A stretch of DNA of 24,169 nt, from contig JBJEGD010000032.1 of assembly GCA_051874735.1 (NCBI GenBank), forward strand, positions 10,464 to 34,632, given 5' to 3'. This stretch comes from Candidatus Bruticola sp. (GTDB lineage Bacteria > Vulcanimicrobiota > Xenobia > Xenobiales > Xenobiaceae). The notes beneath the pieces were generated by a model that worked only from the letters and a program-made list of their open reading frames with translations, was not told the origin of the DNA and did not search any database. The position numbers and the translations under genes were made by a program. This document shows, piece by piece, positions 16,668 to 24,169 of the stretch. Position 1 is the stretch's first letter, and every line of letters begins with the position of its first letter.

Positions 16668-17834
16668 ATGATTAGAACTATGCGCAAAAGCGACGCCCCG
16701 ATCTTGGCGGCTTACCATTGCCGCTTATGCAACCTGCCAGCAGAGTTGCTCAGCACAGCTGTAAAAATTTATCAGGCTATTTTCGCCTGTCCCAACGTTC
16801 AGGTCTTTACAGCAGAAAACGACCAAAAACAGATAGAAGGTTTTTGCTTGGCTATTGCCGATCGCAACAGAATAATATCTGAACTATTTTCTTATATTCC
16901 CCTAAATATTGTCGCCTGCTTAGCCCAAAACCGCACAAAATCGGCTCAACTACTCAAATTGTTGGGCGTATCTTTAGGTTCGGCCCCTCATCAGGCTGAA
17001 GTAGCTATGCTCTGCGATTTCACTGGCAATGGAAATAATTTAAAAGAAATGCTGGGGGCCGCCGTCAGCTTTTTGGCTTCTCGAGGCAAAAAAGAAATTT
17101 ATCTGCCCAACTTAAGCGGCATCGACGAAAGTATTCTGCAAAGTCAGGGCTTTATCCAGATTAATCCTTCAGAGATAGCCCAAGCTAATATACATAGCCC
17201 AGCTGCTCTTTACAAAGCAGCAGTAGCTGATCCTCAGCCTTTTGTACCAGGCCCCTTTACCTTCCAGGATCGTCTGCGCTGCTTCTTCCGCTTTGAACAA
17301 ATGGTAGTTTACCCTATCTATTGCGGGTGCCTTATTCCCTTTGCCTCTTATTTAGCTTATCTGGCTAAAACACGAATAGATCCTTGGCTAGGCCTAGACA
17401 AAGTAAGTATTATTAATGCCCCTTGGAATTGGCTGGCCTTTGCTATCTGCTTGCTTGTAGGTGGCTTAATTTTAGTTTACAGCTACTCTTACTTAATTTT
17501 GGAAGGAGAAGGAGGGCCAGTTCCTCCTTGGTCTTCCCAAACTCGCCGTTTAGTGACAACTGGCCCTTATACTTACATACGCCATCCCTCTATTTGGGCC
17601 AAATTAATAGGCGTCTGCGGTCTGGGCCTGGCGTTTAACTCTCCTTCTTTCTTGGCTATAGTTATACCTCTACTTATGGTTTGGTCTGTTTTTTGGAACA
17701 GAAACCGCCAAGATGAAGGGCTGATTTTAGCTTTTGGAGACGAGTATCTGCGTTACAAAGAGCAGACCCCCATGCTCATTCCCAACTGCATAAAGCGCCT
17801 TTTGGGCCGCCACAACTCCCAGCAGCCGCTTTAG
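16668..17834 (+). CDS. Fusion: degenerate GNAT-like N-domain plus ICMT/PEMT-family membrane methyltransferase
   Basis: C-terminal GEGGPVP...RLVTTGPYTYIRHP...L..AFGDEYLRYKEQTPMLIP matches ICMT/PEMT. N-terminal IRTMRKSD...VFTAENDQKQIEGF...ASRGKKEIYL...QGF follows the GNAT pattern. GAGAGG RBS. Confidence 0.78.
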   Translation: MIRTMRKSDAPILAAYHCRLCNLPAELLSTAVKIYQAIFACPNVQVFTAENDQKQIEGFCLAIADRNRIISELFSYIPLNIVACLAQNRTKSAQLLKLLGVSLGSAPHQAEVAMLCDFTGNGNNLKEMLGAAVSFLASRGKKEIYLPNLSGIDESILQSQGFIQINPSEIAQANIHSPAALYKAAVADPQPFVPGPFTFQDRLRCFFRFEQMVVYPIYCGCLIPFASYLAYLAKTRIDPWLGLDKVSIINAPWNWLAFAICLLVGGLILVYSYSYLILEGEGGPVPPWSSQTRRLVTTGPYTYIRHPSIWAKLIGVCGLGLAFNSPSFLAIVIPLLMVWSVFWNRNRQDEGLILAFGDEYLRYKEQTPMLIPNCIKRLLGRHNSQQPL

Positions 17835-17843
17835 TTAGACTAT

Positions 17844-18905
17844 ATGAGTACCAGCAAAAAATCTAAAAGCAGAGACTGGGCCGCTACAGCTTTGCGTTTA
17901 ACCGCTACTTTGGCACTGATAGGCTTTACTTTGAAGCTGATTGGTCGTCCCCTAAAAGAGTGGCCCTCTTTAATTGAATCGATGCACCTGTCTCCGGCCT
18001 GGCTGTCAATAGCCTTTATTATTTTGATGGCCACGGTAGTAATCAACAGCTATAAATGGTTACTAACTATGCAGGCCCAGAAGATGCGCATCTCTTTTTT
18101 TAGAGCGATCTGCGGATACTGCGCCGGTTATTTTTTCAATACATTTATCACAGGTAGCGGCGATATAAAACGAGCGATAGATTCAGGACATGACAGCGGC
18201 CACTTCTCACAAGCCTGGGCGTCAGTAATGCTCGATCGCTGGTCTGGCGTAATTGGACAGTTGCTTCTGGCCTTTATTAGTTTACAGACAGCGGCCCAAC
18301 TTGCTCCAGCTTTATCCTTTCTGAGCTGGCTCTGCATGCTAGGTATTGTAATGTTGCTAGCCGCCTTTTATATTTTTTCTTTACTGCCTCTAAGGCAGCG
18401 TCCGCAAGGACATAAATTGCGGCTAGCTTGCTGGCGCATTCAGCGTGCCTTTTCGCTGTATAAAGATAATCACCGTCTGCTATTAATCTGCTTATTTTTG
18501 AGCCTCATCTCTCCTGCTCTGCTGGTAGCTTCGCACTTTGCTTTAGCTAAAGGGTTAAACATACAAGTATCATGTTCGGCGCTTTTTTACTATATACCAG
18601 CGGTGTCAGTATTTGCCCAAATGCCTATTACTATAAACGGCTTCGGTCTGCAGGATTACTGTATGGTATATACCCTGAAAGGACAAATAACTTCTGAATC
18701 AGCTTTAGTACTTTCAATGGCCTTCCATATTATCAGACTAGCTGCTGGAGCTGCCTGCGGAATTATTTACTCAATTTTTCCTCGCTCAGAAAACAGAACT
18801 TTTTCCACCCTGTTGCGATCCCAAACATGTCCACAAACTTCTTCTGAACCAACAGAAAATTTACAAACTCTAGATTCACCGCCTCTTACAGAGAGTCAAC
18901 CCTAA
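17844..18905 (+). CDS. Lysylphosphatidylglycerol-synthase TM-region (flippase-like) protein
   Basis: YKW, GYFFNTF..GSGDIKR, SVMLDRWSG, MPITINGFGLQD and ~8 TM segments. No aminoacyl-transferase domain. Confidence 0.85.
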   Translation: MSTSKKSKSRDWAATALRLTATLALIGFTLKLIGRPLKEWPSLIESMHLSPAWLSIAFIILMATVVINSYKWLLTMQAQKMRISFFRAICGYCAGYFFNTFITGSGDIKRAIDSGHDSGHFSQAWASVMLDRWSGVIGQLLLAFISLQTAAQLAPALSFLSWLCMLGIVMLLAAFYIFSLLPLRQRPQGHKLRLACWRIQRAFSLYKDNHRLLLICLFLSLISPALLVASHFALAKGLNIQVSCSALFYYIPAVSVFAQMPITINGFGLQDYCMVYTLKGQITSESALVLSMAFHIIRLAAGAACGIIYSIFPRSENRTFSTLLRSQTCPQTSSEPTENLQTLDSPPLTESQP

Positions 18906-18947
18906 AGAAACAGCTCATCTATCCGCTGACGCTTTCTTGGTTATCTG

Positions 18948-20843
18948 ATGCAAAAAATAGATAAAGTATTTTTAAGGAATAAACTTAAACTTTTTACCAA
19001 TTCCGACTGGCGGTCTATTATACTAATATTTTTGCTCGGTTTTGCCTCGCTTTGGGGAGCGCTGGGTTGGGCTCAACTTAGTCCGCTGAGTTCAGAAAGT
19101 GCTAAACATCTTTCCAAAGCCTATCAAATGAACTGGCAAATTATACACTGTATACCTTGGAGTTCAATTCTCAATACTATAACTTACCCGCCCTGCTTCT
19201 ATCTACAAACCGCTTGTTGGTTCCAATTTTGGCATCAGCAGAGCGAGTCTGTAGCTCTTTTTTCCCTTCTGCCTTTCCTCCTAATCAGTGCCGTCTCAGT
19301 TTATTTTCTGATAAAAGAAGGCTCCGAACAGCTGTTGGATGGAAAATCTTCAGAAGCGGTAAATTTTTGCGGAGCTTTAACTTGCCTAGCTCTGATGACC
19401 TCATCACTGCTAGTAGAGGGATACTTAATAGAATACGCTTTGACAGCCTGGGTAAGCGCCGCTTTCTGTCTGCTCACTAAACGCCGCCTTACCCATCCTT
19501 ATTGGCACATCCTATTTTTAACGGCAGTACTCTCCTTTGGGCTTCTGACTAAATGGACTTTTGTCAGCTACTTGTTACCCTTGATGGCTGGCCTAATTGT
19601 CGATTTTTTGCTTAATACACTGGCCAATCGCTTTACTGCCCGAACAGTTATCAGAAAATTAGTTTCCACCGCCGTTTGCCTTATCTTAACATTTTTATTA
19701 ACTTGGCTTTGGTATGGCGCCCAACACGACAGCCATACTAATTTAAGCGAACTAATCGGCCATTTTAAACGCAGCCAAAGCAGTGAAAAGGTTATCCAAA
19801 CTAGCGATCCTATTTTTTTTCACGGCTTTCGCACTCACAGTTCCCATTTAAGTAAATTTGGACCGCTTAACTTTTTTTTATATGCCGCTATCCACACTGT
19901 GCCCCCCCATTTGACCGTTATGATACTAATAGGACTGCTGATAGCAGCCGCCCATGGGGTCTTCCAACTCAGACATTTATACCTGTCGCTGCCCCGGCAC
20001 AATCTGGGGGAACAAAGCTTAAAAATATTTAGCAACATGCCAGCTGCCGTCGGCCTCTCCTTAATTTTTAGCTGCTGTTTTTACTCTCTCTATCCCACAC
20101 CCGAACTATTTGTGCCGGAAAAATCGCTGCGCCATCTAGCCCCGCTGGCCCCTTCAGCTCTAGCTTTGGCTTTTTTCTGGCTACCCAAATTAAAAAACCG
20201 AAAAATTTATTTACTAATTCCCTGCCTGATTTTAGCTGTGGTCTCCCTTTTTCATTGGGCTATTCCTGTTTCAAGCCGTTGGCGAGGCCATATTCTGCTG
20301 GGACCCAGCCTGCCTAATACCATTTTAAAAAATTTTAGCGATCCACTAGGCTGTCTAACTCCTCCTCAGAAAAGTCCTTTAGAAAGGCTATGTATGTTTT
20401 TAACTAAAGAATCTGCTGACGGATGGTTGGCCGTCAAGCTCCACAAGCGAGAAGATTTTGATCCTTTTTTAACTGAGCTGTACGGTTGCCGCTCTCAGCG
20501 TCCAGTTCTCTTAATAAATGAAGATCGAACTTATCAATGGCTCGATCCTTTAACTCAAATACCCAATCAAGAGCAGCCCCGCTTAAACTGGCAAAAAATT
20601 AAAGTTTTAGCTGAAAGATATCAAGTAAGCTGGTTAGGATACGCTCAAATTCAAACTGTCCCTGAACTGCCCCAGAGGCTCTCAGTATTGCCTTTAGCCT
20701 TAAATGAATTGCCCAAAGGTGCACAAGTAGACAGCCGCTTCTTATATATAGAGAGAGCGGCTCAAGTAAACGCTTATCGAATCAGTAAAATACATATGTC
20801 TGGAAGCGAAGACTATCAGACTAAAAATAAGCCAAAATATTAA
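18948..20843 (+). CDS. Multi-pass ArnT/PMT-like (GT-C) membrane protein
   Basis: SESAKH in the first loop, YPP, LIEYAL, GLLTKWTF, WY, late RHLAP motif, many TM segments and a soluble C-terminal domain. Confidence 0.65.
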   Translation: MQKIDKVFLRNKLKLFTNSDWRSIILIFLLGFASLWGALGWAQLSPLSSESAKHLSKAYQMNWQIIHCIPWSSILNTITYPPCFYLQTACWFQFWHQQSESVALFSLLPFLLISAVSVYFLIKEGSEQLLDGKSSEAVNFCGALTCLALMTSSLLVEGYLIEYALTAWVSAAFCLLTKRRLTHPYWHILFLTAVLSFGLLTKWTFVSYLLPLMAGLIVDFLLNTLANRFTARTVIRKLVSTAVCLILTFLLTWLWYGAQHDSHTNLSELIGHFKRSQSSEKVIQTSDPIFFHGFRTHSSHLSKFGPLNFFLYAAIHTVPPHLTVMILIGLLIAAAHGVFQLRHLYLSLPRHNLGEQSLKIFSNMPAAVGLSLIFSCCFYSLYPTPELFVPEKSLRHLAPLAPSALALAFFWLPKLKNRKIYLLIPCLILAVVSLFHWAIPVSSRWRGHILLGPSLPNTILKNFSDPLGCLTPPQKSPLERLCMFLTKESADGWLAVKLHKREDFDPFLTELYGCRSQRPVLLINEDRTYQWLDPLTQIPNQEQPRLNWQKIKVLAERYQVSWLGYAQIQTVPELPQRLSVLPLALNELPKGAQVDSRFLYIERAAQVNAYRISKIHMSGSEDYQTKNKPKY

Positions 20844-20996
20844 ATTTGTATTATAAATATCGTTATAATCTGTCTCTTTGAGGGCCTTATTTGCGAAACT
20901 CTCAGGCAGGAGTTGGCTTTAAACGCATAGCAAGAAGTTTATCGAGAAATTATCTTTAAGCCTGATTCCTTTTTCAAATGCAAAGGAGAAAGAGAT

Positions 20997-21662
20997 ATGC
21001 AAAAATATATAAAAAATTTTATTATGCTTCTGACTATCGTCAGCGTAGCTCTGTACTTAGCCCTGCCAGCTCAGGCCGATGAAGAAGTCGATAAAATATT
21101 TTCACAGATAAAATCACTCAACCAAGGGCTCAAAGATTATCAAGCTGATATCGATATTTCACTGCGAGCTAAGGTAGCCTTCATTCCCTATAACCCTACT
21201 ATGAGTGGCAAATATTATTATAAAGCCCCCGATAAGCACAAACTCGTTTTAGAAAAAGCCCCTAGCTACGTGAAAAAATATCCCAATATTTTCGGTTGGA
21301 ACCTGCCTAAATTAGAAAAGTTCAATAGCAGAGTCAAGGAAGTCACTACTTTAAATAACCAAAAAGTTTGGCATCTTATGCTGCTCCCTAAACAAGGTAT
21401 GGGCGACATTATAAGTGTAGAAATGTGGGTTAACTGCAGCGACTATACAGTGCCGCGTCAAGTTACTAATTACAAAAATGACGGTAAACTGAGTGTTGAC
21501 GTAAATTACATTACCAAAGACAGCTACAAAGTTTTTGACTCCATGACCGCTCAATTCGTTTTCCCCAAGGTAGCTGTAAACGCCAACGCTTCAGCTAAGT
21601 ATTCAAATTACGTTTTCAATAAAGATATTCCTGATACTTTCTTCCAGAAAGAGAATAAATAA
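20997..21662 (+). CDS. Exported LolA-like (lipoprotein-sorting fold) protein
   Basis: Signal peptide ending AQA. LKDYQADI, GKYYYKAPDK, WHLMLLPK, MWVN, C-terminal FNKDIPDTFF. AAGGAG RBS. Confidence 0.75.
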   Translation: MQKYIKNFIMLLTIVSVALYLALPAQADEEVDKIFSQIKSLNQGLKDYQADIDISLRAKVAFIPYNPTMSGKYYYKAPDKHKLVLEKAPSYVKKYPNIFGWNLPKLEKFNSRVKEVTTLNNQKVWHLMLLPKQGMGDIISVEMWVNCSDYTVPRQVTNYKNDGKLSVDVNYITKDSYKVFDSMTAQFVFPKVAVNANASAKYSNYVFNKDIPDTFFQKENK

Positions 21663-21688
21663 ACATACTAAACTAAAGAGGAAACAAA

Positions 21689-21961
21689 GTGAAATACACC
21701 TATATCACTAAGGGAACTTGCTCTAGAGCTATCCATTTCGACATAGAAGGCGACGTCATTAGCAATGTGCGCTTCGACGGAGGGTGCAATGGAAACTTAA
21801 AAGGTATCGCCAAGCTTACCGAAGGCCGCACCGTCGATGAAATAGAAGCGCTTCTGAAAGGTATTACTTGCGGTCCTAAGCCGACCTCCTGCCCCGATCA
21901 GCTGGCCCGAGCTGTGCGCCAAGCTCAACAAGAAACGCAAGGCGCCCAGCTTCTTAAATAA
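21689..21961 (+). CDS. TSCPD-domain 4-Cys protein (TIGR03905-like)
   Basis: YITKGTCSR, FDGGCNGNLKGI, LKGITCG, TSCPDQLARA. GAGG RBS. Confidence 0.93.
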   Translation: MKYTYITKGTCSRAIHFDIEGDVISNVRFDGGCNGNLKGIAKLTEGRTVDEIEALLKGITCGPKPTSCPDQLARAVRQAQQETQGAQLLK

Positions 21962-21970
21962 ATTCAATTT

Positions 21971-21997
21971 AAACGCCGCCTAACCGCGGCGTTTTTT
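21971..21997 (+). terminator. Intrinsic terminator between convergent genes
   Basis: AAACGCCGC-CTAACC-GCGGCGTTTTTT, overlapping the stop of the YgiQ-family gene. Confidence 0.75.
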
Positions 21998-23884
21998 CTT
22001 AATTCCCTTAAACGGTTGGAGGCTGGAGGCAGATCGATTGTTCATTTTTGGGCGTCCGTCATCACGAGGAGGGCGGCGATCTAGTCCTTTCTGAGACCTC
22101 TCCTTTATAAATTCAACTGAAAGCTTTTTATCCAGTCGGCCACTCTTAGCTTTATCGGCGCCTATTTTACCAGAACGGCCTCCTGAGCATCCCAAAAGCA
22201 AATAATGCTGCTTCATGCGCTCAGCATCAGTTTTAGCTACATAAATGGGATGGCCTTCAGTATCTTTTTCAGCATAGTACATAGCCGAAGCCACAGTACC
22301 AGGAGTAGGAATAAAACATTGGACCTGCTGCGGTGACCAATGACGTGCCTGCAGCCATCGGGCAGTTTCGCGCATATCGTCTTCAGTACATCCGGGGAAA
22401 GCGCTCATAAGATAAGGAATGACATACTGCTCTTTTTTAGCCTCTTGAGAATATTTGAAGAAATAATCTACAAACTCATCCATTAGCTTAGTACTAGGCT
22501 TGCGCATATAGTTGAGAACTTTTACACAAGAATGCTCAGGAGCTATTTTTAATTGACCGCCAGTAAATTCTGAAGCATAGGCGCGGCAAGCCTCTTTATT
22601 TCTCAAGGCTAAATCGAAACGCACGCCACTAGCTATACGTACATGCTTGACTTTAGCATGAGAGGCCACCTTTCTTAACAAGGCTACATAACGATTCTGC
22701 TGATCCTTAAAATTGGGACAGACCTTAGGGAACATGCAGCTCACTCTCTTACACTTAGCTGGATCTGCTCCGCAAACAGCTTGCCACATATTAGCGGTCG
22801 GCCCACCAACATCGGACACAGAACCTTTAAAATTTGGATCTGCGGCAATTCTCTCTAATTCAGCTAATATAGATCGTTCACTGCGTGACACAATGCGCCG
22901 CCCCTGGTGCAAAGCCAAAGAACAAAAAGAACAGCCTCCGCCGCAGCCTCGGTGGCTATTAATGCTGTTCTTAATCATTTCTAAAGCAGGAACAGCTTCT
23001 TTATAGCTGGGATGCGCTTTTCTGGTGAAAGGAAGATCGTATATTTTATCCATTTCTTCCTGACTAAGATTATGTACAGGAGGGGCGGCGGCTACATAAC
23101 GATTACCTATTTTTTGCAAACAGAGGCGGCTGCCTTCCTGAATATGGCGCTCAGCCATAAGAGCTGATTTTATTAACAATTCAGAATCAGCCTCAATTTC
23201 TTCGTAGCTGGGCATAATAATAGCTTTTTCGAGAAAACGTTCCGCCTCCTCAGCCTTAATCATGCAGCAAACCCCATTTATACCGAGGAAGGAGACAGGG
23301 CAGCTGCGCTCTTGAGACTCTTCGATACGTTTGAGAGCCTGCCACAAAGCATACTCTCCCATACCATAAATCAAAGCATCAGCCTTAGAATCAAGTAATA
23401 TGGAACGCCGCAAACTGTCCGACCAAAAATCGTAATGAACATAACGGCGCAATGAGGCTTCTATACCTCCAATAATGACTGGCAAACCCGGAAAAGCTTG
23501 TTTTACTAAATTAGTATAAACAATAATAGCTCTGTTAGGACGCGCTCCAGCCTTACCACCAGGAGTAAAAGCGTCGTCGTGGCGTTTCTTACGGAAAGCG
23601 GTATAATGAGCTAACATAGAATCTAGAGCGCCAGCACTTACCCCCACGGCCAACCGCGGCCGTCCCATAACTAAAAAATCATCAGTCCTATCCCAGCGCG
23701 GCTGACACACTAAGCCCACCCTATATCCTTTTGAGACTAAAAAACGTCCTAACAGCGCACAGGCAAAAGAAGGATGATCTATATAAGCATCGCCAGAAAC
23801 TAAAAGAATATCTAGCTCGCTCCAGCCCAATTTTTTCATATCAGCCGCGCAGACCGGCAGCATGTCTAGATGATTTTTGTACAT
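21980..23884 (-). CDS. ygiQ: YgiQ (UPF0313) family radical SAM protein
   Basis: LGWSELD..LVSGDAYIDHPSF, DSMLAHYT, GGIEASLRR..HYDFWSD, HRGCGGGCSFC, DVGGPTANM, GQLKIAPEH, QVQCFIPTP. Confidence 0.93.
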   Translation of the reverse strand: MYKNHLDMLPVCAADMKKLGWSELDILLVSGDAYIDHPSFACALLGRFLVSKGYRVGLVCQPRWDRTDDFLVMGRPRLAVGVSAGALDSMLAHYTAFRKKRHDDAFTPGGKAGARPNRAIIVYTNLVKQAFPGLPVIIGGIEASLRRYVHYDFWSDSLRRSILLDSKADALIYGMGEYALWQALKRIEESQERSCPVSFLGINGVCCMIKAEEAERFLEKAIIMPSYEEIEADSELLIKSALMAERHIQEGSRLCLQKIGNRYVAAAPPVHNLSQEEMDKIYDLPFTRKAHPSYKEAVPALEMIKNSINSHRGCGGGCSFCSLALHQGRRIVSRSERSILAELERIAADPNFKGSVSDVGGPTANMWQAVCGADPAKCKRVSCMFPKVCPNFKDQQNRYVALLRKVASHAKVKHVRIASGVRFDLALRNKEACRAYASEFTGGQLKIAPEHSCVKVLNYMRKPSTKLMDEFVDYFFKYSQEAKKEQYVIPYLMSAFPGCTEDDMRETARWLQARHWSPQQVQCFIPTPGTVASAMYYAEKDTEGHPIYVAKTDAERMKQHYLLLGCSGGRSGKIGADKAKSGRLDKKLSVEFIKERSQKGLDRRPPRDDGRPKMNNRSASSLQPFKGIKKKRRG

Positions 23885-24117
23885 ATGTACTACGTCTTTC
23901 TCAATTTATTATTAAAAAATACAGCTGTATTACAGTAATTTTCTGCAGCATCCAACCGCACTATATCATTACCAGTAAAGACAAACAACTAGATATAATA
24001 GGTCAACGCCGACATTTGACAATAACCGGAAAGCGACTAAACGCATGGTTAGCAACCGACGGGCAGATATCATACAACATAGACCACAGATGAAGGCGAA
24101 ACTCAAGCGAAAGCAAG

Positions 24118-24150
24118 AAAAAAGCCCGCCGGGAAAAACCTAGCGGGCTT
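24118..24150 (-). terminator. Intrinsic terminator of a minus-strand transcript entering from the right edge
   Basis: AAGCCCGC...GCGGGCTT stem preceded on the + strand by A6, i.e. a U tail on the minus strand. Confidence 0.7.
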
Positions 24151-24169
24151 AAATATAATTCCGGCGGTT

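Noticed and set aside
23731-24093. 120-aa + strand ORF and the other short antisense or nested ORFs in the track
   Set aside because: They overlap well-supported genes on the opposite strand or in another frame and show no motifs or RBS.
24158-24169. 3' end of a minus-strand 5S rRNA (TTCCGGCGGTT) upstream of the terminator
   Set aside because: Only about 10 nt are visible. Plausible, but unsupportable without flanking sequence.

Overview
Bacterial chromosomal window, probably from an anaerobic diderm (inferred from four radical-SAM genes, a LolA-like protein and a FecR-domain protein); the taxon cannot be fixed from the sequence. Left to right: (1) the 5' part of a minus-strand gene missed by the ORF track, with 21 heptad repeats (Q/P)P(A/S/P)(A/P)(G/S)YG and a 20-aa repeat; (2) a secreted hypothetical protein; (3) pheS-pheT; (4) a J-domain/TPR gene followed by two paralogous radical SAM/SPASM maturases with RRE-like N-termini and no recognisable precursor peptide; (5) two identical tRNA-Arg(ACG) genes, each with its own promoter and terminator; (6) a GT-C-like glycosyltransferase plus a small membrane protein, divergent from a FecR-domain protein with a Pro-rich tail; (7) a tight four-gene operon: B12-dependent radical SAM, GNAT-like/ICMT-PEMT methyltransferase fusion, LPG-synthase-TM flippase-like protein and a second GT-C; (8) a LolA-like protein, a TSCPD protein and a YgiQ-family radical SAM. 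No integrase, transposase or CRISPR was seen. The best candidates for undescribed systems are the orphan SPASM pair, the B12-rSAM/methyltransferase/flippase/GT-C envelope-modification operon and the FUS-like YG-heptad protein. All family calls come from motif recognition by eye, not from database searches.
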